NCBI RefSeq assembly: GCF_009914755.1
Contig: NC_060929.1
Length of the DNA: 64,000 bases
Reading direction: 5' to 3' (one strand)
Source of the DNA: the human T2T-CHM13v2.0 reference genome, Homo sapiens
This document shows, one piece after another, positions 42,397-57,074 of the stretch. The notes below the pieces were generated by a model. It did not search any database and was not told the origin of the DNA. It saw only the letters and a list, made by a program, of their open reading frames with translations. Numbering within the stretch: the first letter of the stretch is position 1; each line of letters begins with the position of its first letter. The translations under genes were made by a program, and so were the position numbers.

Positions 42397-43349
42397 CAGT
42401 TTTAACCTTCAGCCAGTTTTCTTTGTTGCAGAAGTATTTGTCTGGTTAGGATTCTGCTGAAGGCAGGTAGTTATGCAAAAATCAAAAGGCACTAGTTTCA
42501 GTTATGCAAATATAATGTCCTTAGATTATTTGATATATTTACTTAGGACACTGAACACCTGCAGATATGATCAGTTAAAATATGCAAAGAGAGTTAAGTC
42601 TCTGACTTATCTATTTATACAAATTTTCAAATGTTTAATCAAGATACAAGGAAGAGGCAAACATCTGAAAGACATTTCTTATTCATCTTTGTAGTAGGGT
42701 ATGTTGTGGGCCAAAATAAAGTGAACGCAATTACATGCCATTCGAAGAGCTTAACATTAAAGAAAGGGCAAAGGCAGAAAAACAACGATTCCCCTCCATT
42801 GCCTCCGTAACTTTCTTTTTGCTTGATTTCTGCCCCTCTTTTGAGAAACAGTAGGATTAAAGTACTCCCCAGGTCTAGAAATTTATACTGTCTGCTATTA
42901 ATTGATTCGTCCAATGAGCAGATCTTTGTTGAGCAACTATTATGTACCAGGTACAGTGCTGACTATTGCTGAGGACTTTTAGGGGGTATTGCTGCTAAAA
43001 TAAAAAATTCCCTCACTATTTACTGGGAGAGACTGAGATTTAAAGAAATAAGCAAAGAGACTTGGGAAGGCTAAAAGAATGGGAGTATATGCAAAATATT
43101 AGAAGAACACATTGCTCTAGGAGTTGATGAGAAGAAACTGGTTGGTCTGGTAGTATTGGAATGCTATTGAATAGTTAGTAGGAACTGAGGAATATTGAGT
43201 TTGAAAGGAGTAATAAGGAAGCGTTGAGGTCAGAACAGAGGATATGGAGAATATTAAAAGAAATAAAAATAATGGGATAAGTTACCAAGAGGAAAAAAAA
43301 AAAAAAGGAATACCAAAGGAACTGGTGTAATAAAAAGGGATTTTAACCT

Positions 43350-45320
43350 AGCGAGGAATCTTAGAGAAGTGAATCCAACAATGAGCCGACATTTTCCCTT
43401 GAAGCATATGCCAAATCCCCAACTGTGTGGGGAAAAGTTAGGAAGAAACCTAACAGAAACCGGCTAGACTATAGACTTTCACAGTCTTAAAGGCTAAAAG
43501 AGGACTTTCTGCCCTGGATCCACCAAAAAGGATATGCCTGGTAAATATTCAGGCTTTCAGTTGATAGTTCAGAACCCAGTAGGACTATTCCTTAGGAATA
43601 AGAGAAAACTGGAAATTGGCAAGCCTGAAACTTGGCATTGAGCCATCCCCATAACTGATTGGATTGAAATGATCCTCTTTTACTCTAATTTCTCTCTAGA
43701 AGAAAAGTGAATTTTCTCTGATGAGGTATAAAACTATCTACAGCTTATGTAATTTTATTAAAAACTTTGTAATTCAAGAAAAATTGCCAGGCATCTAAGG
43801 ACTCAGTTATCAAAGAAAGTTTTTTTTTTTAGTTATCGTAAATATATTGAAGAAAATGGATAAAAAGATAGAATTTTTCACCAGTGAGAGTATCTATAAA
43901 AAATCAACTGAAAATTATAAAACTGAAAAATACAATCACCGATATAAAGAATTAAAATAAGACTCGGCATAAGACTCGGCAAAACCGAAGGTATGATTAA
44001 GGACATGGAAGATGGATCAGTAAAAAATATTCAAACCGAAGCACAGAAAGAAAAAGAAACGGAAAATACATAACAAGCCACAGATCCAAAAAACGCCATG
44101 TAAGATACAGGTAAAAGAAAATACAAATCAAGCCACAGGTCCAAGAAACCCCATGTAAGAAAAGTTCTAAGAAAATACATGTCAATTCACAGATCCAAGA
44201 CACCACACGTAAGATAAGGTCCAAGAAAACCACATCTAGTCACACCGAAGTGAAACTGCTGAAAATTAAACATAAAGAAAATAATCTAAAACCACTCAGA
44301 ATAAAAGACATATGGCTTTCAAAGGGAGCAAAGGTAATACAAACAGCTGATTTCTCAACAAGATTAATGAAAGCCAGAAGGTAATCAAATGGCACCTTTA
44401 AAGTGCTGAGAACTAAACGCTAATGAAGAATTCTGTAATCAGTAAAAATGTTAATCAAAAATGCTATTTCTGATGTTTTAAAAATATATTTCCAAAAAAA
44501 AGTTTTTGAATAAGAGATAGAGACTTTTCTAACAAACATACGCAGAGTGAATGCTTTGCCAAGAGGCCCGCCTAGAAAGAAATACCAAAGAGATTTCTTC
44601 TACCAACAGGAAAATGATCCTACATAGAGGCACAATATTGTGTGAAAAAATATATAGCTCCAGAAAGAGTAAATAAGAAGGTAAATATAAATGAATACGG
44701 ATGTTTAAATCAATGATTAATAATGTCTTGTGAGGTTTAAAACATATATAAACAAAAAGTACATAGCAACAATTGTGAAAAGATGAGAGGCTGGTAAATG
44801 GATTTAAAGTATTACCAAATCCTTTTATTGTCTGAGAAGTACTAAAATTACTAACTTATCTTAGAGTCTAATAAAGCTACTTGTTTTTCATAATACCTAG
44901 GGTATACTAAGGGTATATATAATACCTAGGGTAGACTAAGGATATACATAATACCTAATACTAAGGGCATAATAGAACACGAACAATCAACAAGAAAAGG
45001 AAATGGAATGATAAAATGATAAAAATAATTCATCCAAAAGAAGAAAAGAAAAAAAAAACTGATCAAACAAAAAAAAGTAAGATGATAGTTTTAAACTGAA
45101 TATATCACAATTATAATATGTAAATGGTGTAAACATTTCCAGTTAATATTCTAACACTGCAGACTATATAAAAATAAAATATTCACTATAACAACCAAAA
45201 ATTTGAAAGTAAAAGGATGGAAAAAGATAAATTGTAAAAACGCTAGCTGAAATAATGTTGAAGTAACTATACTAATAAGAAAAAAATGTAGCTTTATGAC
45301 AAAATTATAATAGGAATTTG
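43350..45320 (+). mobile_element. Ancient L1M 5'UTR/ORF1 region with internal tandem repeats
   Basis: CAGCTGATTTCTCAACA...ATGAAAGCCAGAAG...TTTAAAGTGCTGAG ORF1 motif; ORF2-start-like AAAGTAAAAGGATGGAAAAAGATA. Confidence 0.75.
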
Positions 45321-45349
45321 GAATATATTCAACCAAATGATTTATTCCT

Positions 45350-45800
45350 ATAACTAGTTGATGTGCTTTTTAATAATATTTTAATTATGCTATTTAAACT
45401 TTCATTTTCTAAGTGCTTATCTCTAATTAGAAACACAAATGATTTCTGTATATTGACCTAGAATCTAGCCATCTTGCTAAATTCACTTTAACAGTTTATC
45501 TGTACATTTTTTATTGTTTTCTACAATCACAATTATGTTATCTACAAATGATGACAGTTTTACTTATTCCTTCACAACTCTTTATCTTTTATTAATTTTA
45601 TTGTGTTATTGCACTGGACGGAACCTCAGTGCATCATTGAATGGAAGTGGTGATGATAGACTTCCTTTTCTCATTCTCAATACCAGTGGGAAAGCTTAAA
45701 TTTTTACCTTTAATTTTGATGCATGCTGTAAGATTTCTGAAGTTTTTGTCAATCAGATTAAAGAACATCCTTTCTATTATGATTTAATTTGCTATTTTCT
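45350..45800 (-). mobile_element. L1M ORF2 fragment, antisense
   Basis: GATTTCTGTATATTGACC...TTGCTAAATTCACTT...ATGACAGTTTTACTT...TTATTGCACTGG. Confidence 0.75.
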
Positions 45801-45852
45801 AGATTTTTTAGATAATTGATTTTTAACTTTTTTCCTTTTAAAATATATTAGA

Positions 45853-46154
<302 letters not shown>

Positions 46155-47317
46155 GGTTATACATACACTGATATATGTGTATGTATACACACACATATAT
46201 TAGAATACAAAAAATATTTCACATGTGTAAGAATTGACCCTGAGTTTATCAGTTCAACACATAAACATAATATTTTCTCAATAAAAATATTACATCACAT
46301 CATCTGAAAGAGCCATTCTTTGGTAGGTGAAAGAAAGTCAAATATCAGAAATTCCACAAGTTTCAATTAATTATTATGGTATACCCAGAATTCTCAACTG
46401 AAGTTATCAGATATTTGAAATGTATTAACTACAAAATGCAACTTTAAAGATGATTAAAGGCAATTTTGTAGAAAAACATTAAATAATTAGATCATACATT
46501 TTTAAAAATGTAATTCAGAAAATCTGCAGTGTCATATTATAATTAATTGCACATTATTCAATCTAATAGTTTGATCTGCTGTGAAGAGTTAACTGAAGGT
46601 GTCAACAATTTTAAACATAATAATTGTAAAATGCAATTTTGAAGCAACTTCCTTACAAAAAGAAACTTTAAAAAATACATTCTTCAGAAAAATGGCAGTG
46701 ACGTGGTGTTATAGAGATATGGGTAAAATGAAGTCCTTGATTATGTACTGAGAATAATTATTCTGCTAATATTTTTAATATTCACATAATCAATATAAAG
46801 CCTTTTTTTGTTGTCTGTTTTGTTCTGTGGCCAGTGACTTTCATTTGTAAACTGAGATTAAGGCTATGATTTGCTGAAAAGCATTCAGTTTACAAACTAA
46901 TGTAAACAATTAGGATATATTGCATGACTCTGAAGAAGAGATATTGGGATTAAGTTAATGATTTCTCTGAAGTATTTGAAACAACACCAACTGAAGAACT
47001 GTGGCCTTCTAGAAATGTACCAAAGAAACACTCTCATGCATATGCATGTGTAAAGTAATGTAGTGTACCATTGTTTGACAAAAATTGAAAACAATCTGAT
47101 TGTAGTGGTAAGGATAAAAAAACTGTAGTATTTTTGTACAGATTTTACAGGTTAAAATGAAAGAATTAGATATGTATAAATCTCAACAGTATAGTGTGGA
47201 ATGGAAAAAGGTAACAAAAGGATAGGTAGATAAACTATTTAAACCTACAATGCATAAAACAATACCATTTATTATTTGTAAGTAGAGTTGATTCCCATTA
47301 TTTATGGTAGTTATACT

Positions 47318-47881
47318 TGTTAGATATAGTGAACTCCAAGTTTCTCTTCAAAGAATCAGTATGTCAGTATGTTCAGCTCTCTTATTCTTTGATTCTCCAT
47401 TTTAAAGTTTAACTTCCTGGTTCTCTTTACCTGCTTGCCTCTAGTTTCAGTAAACAACTTTCCCACCAGTTCTAATCAGTAGTTCATATCTGTTCCTCTG
47501 GTCACCTGCTTTGACCTGAGTCACCCCTGGTCACCTGCTCTGACCTGAATCATCCTGAGTCACCTGTTCTCTAACCACCCTTTCTGTCAAACTACTCACC
47601 CTGCCACTCTGGCTTGTACCTCTGCTCTCTTTAAAATAGCTAAACGGAATTAGCATAGACTGTGTGGTCCAACCCTAGCCAATAGGGGAATGACACAGCA
47701 GTATGGGCTACCTGTGTCAGGAATAAGAACCCCTTCCCCTCCCTTGTCCAGGTGTGTTCCCGCCATTACTCCATCTGCAAGTCGTACCCTTCTATAGAAG
47801 TAAAAATTGCCTTGCTGAGAAAATTAATGTTCGAGCACTGTTTCTTTGCAGCACCAAGGAACAAGCATTTTGCTTCTAACA
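47318..47881 (+). mobile_element. LTR10-family (HERV-I) solo LTR
   Basis: TGTTAGATAT...TCAAAGAATCAGTATGTCAGTATGTTCA start; TTCTAACA end; TSD TACT / TATT. Confidence 0.85.
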
Positions 47882-48308
47882 TATTCTATGAAGTTGCCAT
47901 GAATACTGAATTAGCAAATAGTGAACCATTGCTCCTGGGGAAAATATGGGGTTAGGTTCCTGCAAGCCTCTGGTCATAACATTTTCATCAACAGATGAAT
48001 ATAACTTTGTGTTATGTGTATTTATTTTTAAAGACACCTTATTTAATATACATTGTTGATACATTACATTGAACTTACAAGCAATAGCATTATATCTCAA
48101 GCCTGAATGAAGCTTATTTAACTCATATTTCTCCAAGAGGCACATTGTGGCCTTCTTGCACTTAGGAATACTTGACAGTATTTCAGGACTACACTTGGAA
48201 CAGACAGACATTAAAACTGGAGATTTTAAGAGAGCTTATTAATTGGTAAGTCTTGAAGAATGTAAATAAGCCTCACTTTCAGTAATTTAAAAAAATTGCC
48301 ACAGATAC

Positions 48309-48485
48309 TGACAAAGACTCTCTCCTTGATCAAACTTTAGTCAGATTTTTGAGCTCTCCTCTCAACTAGATCTCCACCTAGGCCCCTATTCCTTGCCTGG
48401 TCTCCATAGCTCACATTTAACAAGAATCCTGCTAAGTCCGTAGAGAGAGAATCTCCCACTTTTGACATCTGATCACCCTGACCGT
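48309..48485 (+). mobile_element. MER31-like LTR 5' fragment
   Basis: TGACAAAGACTCTCTCCTTGATCAAACTTTAGTCAG...CAAGAATCCTGCTAAGTC. Confidence 0.75.
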
Positions 48486-49257
48486 CAGAAGCCATTTTAA
48501 ACAGCAAAATCACCAACAAACAGCTCAAAATGTGGTACTAAATAGATCACAAAAAAAAAGTGCTTGTGTACAGGATGAAAGTTGATACAAGAAGGCAGAG
48601 CGCCACCTTGCTTAATCTCAGTTAGGGATGTGCACGTTGAACAACTTAAATTTCTCACTGCTCTGTGCACGTTTGCAAATGACTGCAAAAGCTTCACAAG
48701 TATTGATTTTGGAGCTGCAAGTAAGTCTTAGAGAGTAGGCAAATTTACAAATATGAAATCCACAAATGATTGGGATTAACTATATATACATATAGTATGA
48801 TTACTAAACTATGTGTGGGAATGATAAGCACCAATTTCAAGATAATGATAACCTCTGGGGAGATGGGAAATGGAAAAAGATGATGCAGGGCTAGAGCTGA
48901 TTTTTTTTTTTAATTGGAAAGAGACAAAACTGGGACATATATGGCTGATCATAAATATGTTACATTATTGTTAGTGCTTTTCTACACATTTAAAATATTT
49001 CATATTTAAAAATAAAAATTATAGAAGTGTGATCTGTCTGCCTTTATGGTTTCATTGGAGACTATTTACAAAGCTTAATTTGTAGCTGAATTATATTAGA
49101 TAAGATATAAAGAATTTTTGTGGAAAAAGTTGTCAGTGATTGAAGTGGATTATTGATAGAAGATAAGGAAAGTCTCCAATTAATGATGTTGCCTAAAAAC
49201 AAGAAAAATCTAATCCTATAAGTATATTTTAGAAACAGAGATGAGAAGTAATTTAAC

Positions 49258-49432
49258 CAGAAGTTTCTAAAGTCAGCTGTACTGTAAAAATAACTGGGTA
49301 ACTTTCAGAAATATAAAGACAGTCCTCTGAATCCCCAGTCTTTCAGATTTCAGTTGGGTAGGTCTGAAGTCAGTGTTCTTCAAAAGCACACCAAGTGCAT
49401 TCTGATATATAATTAGGTTAGAGAACCACCAG
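49258..49432. mobile_element. MER5-like hAT-Charlie MITE
   Basis: CAG..GTTTCTAAAGT...TCAGATTTCAGTTGGGTAGGTCTG...TTCTGAT...GAGAACCAC. Confidence 0.55.
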
Positions 49433-50399
49433 ACTAGATGTTAGCCTTAGACCCAGGGCCACTGCTCTGCAATACTTCAGAAGATACCATGCACACAGCA
49501 CTCCGCTGGTACCTCTAAGAGCTGTGCAGTGTAGCAGCCCTGTTAGATTCTCATGCTTTCTTTGTTATATTATTTTTGTATTCCTGATTAGGACTATGAG
49601 GAATTATAAGATCTAATGAATCATTTAAGACTATAGAATCTGAAATGTAGCTCCAGACACAAATATTTTTAGCTCCGTTTTATCATTCCCTTCTTTAAAA
49701 AAAAAAAATCAACTCCTGTCTTTGGTTGCTTTCAAATCAAGCATGTGTACATGAAAAACAAAACTTTTCAAATGTGGTATAAATAGATATAATGGAATCC
49801 TAGTTAAAGTCATTAATGTAATCATATTTGGGGACACAATTATATTTCTAAATCTGAATCCAAACACATCAAAGGAAAAATATTTAGAACCAGTCAACAT
49901 CAAAGAAATTTCTTGACCAAAAAAATGCAGACAGTTTCTCTATTAAAATGTCTGTGTTGGTATTTTTTAGCTGAGCCTGTTTTTAAAAAAACAATAAAAC
50001 AAGAAGCAAGTAGAGCAGAGATGTGTGTTTAGTTTCATGTCCTTTCTTTCTCCCTTTCTCTCTTCACCAAACTCATTCAGCATCATTGTCCTTGCTTTGG
50101 TATTAGAAGCTCCTTATTTAGCTCTCTCTTGCCTTCACTTTTTGCTTGACTGTGGCTTAGAAGAACTCAGAAGAGGGTATTTATAGGAGAAGAAATATTT
50201 ATGTATTTTTTTTCTGGAAGACAAAAGCATCTTGTGTTGCAGTAATATTACGTAGAATATGCTGCTTTGTAAACAGTACCAACAACCTCTTCTACTATGA
50301 AAATGCTTAAAATATTTTCTGTATATATATTTTAAGTAAACTTTTTATTATTTTTAAACCACAGCTAATTTGCAAACTAGTTAATCAAATTTTGAATCA

Positions 50400-51256
50400 G
50401 CAAGAGCTGAAGAACACAGGCAAATTCCATTTAGTGTGGACCAGCTCATTTCAGACCAACCTTCCCATTGAAAACAACTAAAAAAAGTAGGAAATATGGA
50501 AATCAAGTCTTTGAAGGCATTGGAAAGTTATCAAAGCAGTGAAGACTTGAAAGTCCAAGGTCCTGGAGAGAAGGGGAATAAAGAATAATGAGCTCAAGAT
50601 TTGGTGTCACTTTTCCCTGGAGTTATTTGTAAACTTACAACAGATAACTAAAAGACTGGGAAGCTAGAAATCAGTGACAGAGACTGAGAAGCTGAGAAGA
50701 CCCTTAGGCAGTTTGATATAATAGAATTAGGGCAACAAAAATTTGAGTTTAGAGCTTTCAAAAGAGGAGAGACCTCGGTAAACATCCAGGCTATCAATCG
50801 GGATTCCTGAAAGGCTTACATGCTAGGAGTAAAGTCAAATGGAAATATACCAGTCCTTACAAAGATTGAAACACAGCTTCATCTCTGTTCCTATTAGACT
50901 ACTGATTTGCCCTTACTGTAGCTGCCTGCATAAATCCAAAGTGAATACGCTCTAGGAAAACATCAAATCATTCAGAGTCTGAAATTTTCTCCATAACTTT
51001 CATGGATAATGTCCACCATGTAAATTAAAAAACAGTACTTGGTATACCAGTGAACAAGCTCAAATAGTCAACAATTAACAGAAAATAATTGAAAACAGAA
51101 ACAGATACACAGGAAATCCATATATTGTAGTTATGTGACACAGACTTTAAAATATTTGTCATTAGTATGCAGAAAAGTATAAATGAAAAATGGAGAACAT
51201 CAACATATCACTGGAATCAATAAATAAGAATCAAGTAAAAATTATAAAACTAAAAG
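50400..51256 (+). mobile_element. Ancient L1M 5' region
   Basis: Similar to the 43.4-43.9 kb L1 5' region; GAAACAGATACACAGG...CAGACTTTAAAATA. Confidence 0.6.
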
Positions 51257-51261
51257 CCATA

Positions 51262-51685
51262 TGTTTTAGTCCATTTATGTTGCTGTAAAGGAATACTGGA
51301 GGCTAGGTAATTCATTGAAAAAAGGTTTATTTGGCTCTGGTTCTGAATCTGGAAAAGTTTGAGATTGGGCATCTGCATCTGGCAAGGGCCACAGGCTGCT
51401 TGAACTCATGGGGGAAGACTAAGGGGATCCGGTATGTGCAGAAATCATGGCAAGAGAGGAAGCAAAAGAGTGAGAGGGTAGGGGTCAGGTTCTTTTCAAT
51501 ACCCAGCTCTCACAAGAACTAATAGAGTGAGAACTCACTCACTGCCTCCTCCAAGGGAAGACATTAATCTATTCATGAGAGATACAACCCCATGACCCAA
51601 ACACCTCCCACAAGACCCACCTCCAACAATGGGGACCAAATTTCAACATGAAATTTTGATGGGTCAAATAAACCAAACTACAGCA
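51262..51685 (-). mobile_element. MSTB-like MaLR solo LTR
   Basis: TGTTTTAGTCCATTT...GTTGCTGTAAAGGAATAC...ATGACCCAAACACCTCCC...; perfect TSD CCATA. Confidence 0.92.
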
Positions 51686-52418
51686 CCATACATGTTTGCA
51701 TGTATCTCTATCTTCCTATCTAATCCCCAGTCTAGCTCTGTCTCCTGACAATTGGAATTAACCTGAATTTTAACTTTAATTAAAGTACTCATATATATTT
51801 ATCTTTATCAATATACTTTTTCCCTAAGAAAAATGTCCAGTTGTTAAAATAGAATGATATAAAGAGTTCAATAAAAACATTACATATACCATAATTTCTA
51901 AATGTGTATTATGTTATTTAATAGACAAGTATAAAAATATTAACTAGGATTGTCTATAATTTTATTATTAATGAAGAATGTCTGAGCTGAGCGCTATAAG
52001 ATTATAGTCTAAACTGTGGGTTATAGATAAGTCTTTGGGTTTCAAAATTTCACTAAATTCTTATTGTTTTACATATCCTGGCAGAAGTCCAGAGTAATTC
52101 AATGTGTCTTCTGAGTGAAAAATCTCACGATCTTACTTATTCTAATAAAATCATCACTCTGTAAAGTCAGATGACAAACAGGAGCTTAATCACTACTTTT
52201 TAAAAGTAGATGTTTCCTAGATACAGATGTATTTTTAGGTATTTTACAAGTTTAGTTTTAGTGTAGCATGTATCTAAGTACATAAATACATGCATACAGA
52301 TAAATATCTACTTTAATTGGTTCACAGATTAATGAAATTAATACTGATTTTTCTAGAAATTCTGAGGGACCAAAGGTAAGAGTGGCACTAATGGAAAATG
52401 GGAAAGAAATATGTTTTA

Positions 52419-52735
<317 letters not shown>

Positions 52736-53824
52736 CTAACCCCTGTAGACCAATATTATCTTTCCCATTATGCAATGACGTGCCAAGAAATTAAGTAACC
52801 TAGTCATGGGCACAAAGCTAGCAAACAGAAGCATTGGGATGGAAACACAGCTCTTTTTTAATGTTTTTTGAAAGCCCATGTTTTTTCAAACACATTGTAC
52901 TTTTTTATCTATAGAAATATGTTGATGGAAGGGCACATTTATGTTAAAATTGGTAAGGCAATAATCCCATTAGGAATTTAATGGGATTTTTAGATGAAGT
53001 CTATTACATTCCTAATTTGACTGTGGCCAGAAAGTTCATCAAAAGTAGATCTCATATTTCAAAGGTGTATAGAATTCCATACGTATTTTTGTATCTATTA
53101 TTTATAATCTTTTCCAGGTGAATTTAGCACACAGTTGTTCCAGTTATGTAGCCTTGAGTGCATAGGTGTATAGTGTATACATTGGTTACAATAAATAAAT
53201 TATGTGAAGCAAAACAGGAGTAAGACATAGGTCTTTATGTAAAGTGCTATGAATAGTTCAATAAATGCATTACATATATCGTCTATGTTGTTATGTGTGT
53301 TGTGCTTAATTCATAGTCACAGAACAGATATACGTCTCCTCAGAACCTAAGTGTTTCCTTAGTCAGAGTTAAGAACTGTGATGTATTACAGCTAAAAAGT
53401 GTGCAGTTATGTAGACTCTATTTTCCTTTTGCATTAAACTGCTTTCATATTCTGTTATCATACATGCTCATTAATAGCAATGTTAGATCCTTTGACATTT
53501 AATGGATTAAAAATAAAACTCAAATAAATAAATAAATATAGAAAAATAAATAAATAAATAAAACTCTTCTTTATATTTTCAGAAAAGGCCTAGGCAGCAA
53601 TGTTCATATCAAAGCAAAGTGCTCATTGTTTCTACCTCTAGTCTTCAGTCCAAATGGATACTAAGTATTGGGGTGGGAGAATAGGACAGGTCCACAGCTG
53701 CAAACTTCATTATCTTCCATAGCTCCCTATGCTTTTTTCATTTTAACTCCACAACTGCAATGACATGTTTTTAATTTTGTTTACTGTCTCTCTTTCTAGA
53801 ATACACTAACAAGCAGGGAATATG

Positions 53825-54265
53825 TGATTGGTACATGAAAGGCACATGCAGAATTCTTGATTACCAAGAACAGAAGACACTAGTTTATTGAAACAGAAAG
53901 GATTTTTGGTAGCTCACAAATCTCCTGGAATGCAAGAAAATCAGATGTGGATACTGCGTAGTCAGGAAGGATGTAGGTAGGAAAAATGCTCAGTTCACAT
54001 CATGAACTACTCTAATAAAACCACTGCAACTGCAGCCCAAAACTTAGCCCTGAGCATGCTTAGGTATAAACACAACTATCTACCATCACAGTGGTTCCAG
54101 GAGAACCAGCTTCTAACTCCATGGTGCTTGTCAGGAGGTCTATTCTCTATCCGAGGCCATAGCTTAAAGTTTCTCATTTTAATATTCAGGTCTCCCTCAG
54201 GGACATCTGATGGGTGGCACCTAGGTCATATGACTGCACTCTAACTGCAAGGGAGTGTGGAAATA
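53825..54265 (-). mobile_element. Old MaLR LTR (MLT1I-L-like)
   Basis: CATCTGATGGGTGGCACCTAGGTCATATGACTGCACTCTAACTGCAAGGGAG..TGGAAA motif. Confidence 0.55.
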
Positions 54266-54286
54266 TAATCTTTTTGCTCGTTTGGA

Positions 54287-55163
<877 letters not shown>

Positions 55164-55356
55164 GAAGTATAATTTTGAGCTTTTCCCCCATTTTAGTGGA
55201 AGAAGGTAAGTTGAAAGAGGGTTGGAATGGGTATGGAATAAGCCCACATGTAATGTACATTACAATAGCCAATTAATATTTGTTGGGTTGCCTTATTACA
55301 AATAATATTTTCTTATTTGAGAGTGTATCCTTATGCACTGGGGTAAAATTGGCAAA

Positions 55357-55450
55357 TAGATATTTTCTTAAACACTAATTCTGATTGCTCGTTAATAGTT
55401 GGCTAGATATTTTCTTAAACACTAATTTTGATTGCTTGTTAGTAGTCGGC
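55357..55450. repeat. 47-bp tandem duplication (43/47 identical)
   Basis: TAGATATTTTCTTAAACACTAATT(C/T)TGATTGCT(C/T)GTTA(A/G)TAGT(T/C)GGC x2. Confidence 0.95.
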
Positions 55451-55896
55451 TTTCCCATGTCCAGTGGGAAAAATGTTGAGATTGATCAGTGATGTTTTCC
55501 TTATATAGTGAAGGATTATTACTACTCTAAATGTATGTTTGATAAAACTTCACTAGTGGAATAATGGGCACTGCTGCATACCATCAGTGTAAGGGATGCA
55601 CACGTTTGGTTTGCTTCCTACCTATACTTGTAGTTTAATGTCAAGGAACCAACATGTTACACCAGAAGGGTTGTTTGGGGCTACTAATATTTTCTTAGTT
55701 CCACTTCATTAATACTTGTCATGAAGACAAGGATCACTGGCAGAGTCAAAGATTTTTACAAAATGGCTACACAATGCCCAAGTTACTGAGGAACCAGGCT
55801 GCTCCTCCAAGGTTATGAGGTCATCCATTTACAGTGCTTTTCCAGAAAATGGTTATGCCAGTTGCCCTTCAGATTGAATAAAACCTGTGTGCTCTA

Positions 55897-56290
<394 letters not shown>

Positions 56291-56336
56291 TCAAATAATG
56301 CTTCCACAGCACCTTTTGTATTTTTAGGTAACTTGA

Positions 56337-56656
<320 letters not shown>

Positions 56657-57074
56657 GGATATTTGTTTTCTAGGCAATAGGTGAAGAGGAACTTTGGAGT
56701 TTGGGGTGGGAGTGAGGGAGTATGGAGGGGATGTGCTACTTTGGGACCAAGTAAGAGTATTATAGAAAAAAAAATTGTTGAGTATATGTATAACCTATAT
56801 GTCTCTTTGGAAAAACCACAAACAAATATTAATTCCCTAAAACAATGTTTACCTGCTGTCCCTTGGATGACTTCAGCTTAATTTCACACTTAAGAGCCTT
56901 AAAGATTAGAGCGCTTAATTACAGCAATTACCGTTGATTGCTTTGGAAATAAAAAAAATGACTATGTAATACAAAATCATTAATATTATACTTGGTGGAG
57001 TGGTGTTATTATTAATAATAATCTAGATACTTGGGTCCCTATCTGAATTTTTAGCATGATAAAAAAACTTACTG

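Larger units (their letters stand above)
47284..48781 (+). mobile_element. TcMar-Tigger element (MER82/Tigger6-like), interrupted twice
   Basis: AGTTGATTCCCATTATTTATGGTAGTTAT | TTCTATGAAGTTGCCATGAATACTGAATTAGC...; end GCAAATTTACAAATATGAAATCCACAAAT...ATTAACT. Confidence 0.7.

Noticed and set aside
44060-44235. Regular repeats as a CRISPR-like array
   Set aside because: Eukaryotic context, degenerate head-to-tail units with no unique spacers and no cas genes.
48596-48615. CTCF-like GCGCCACCTTGC
   Set aside because: Only half of the motif matches, and it lies inside a Tigger remnant.
52963-52988. 10-bp inverted repeat AATCCCATTA / TAATGGGATT
   Set aside because: Short enough to occur by chance in 64 kb of AT-rich DNA.
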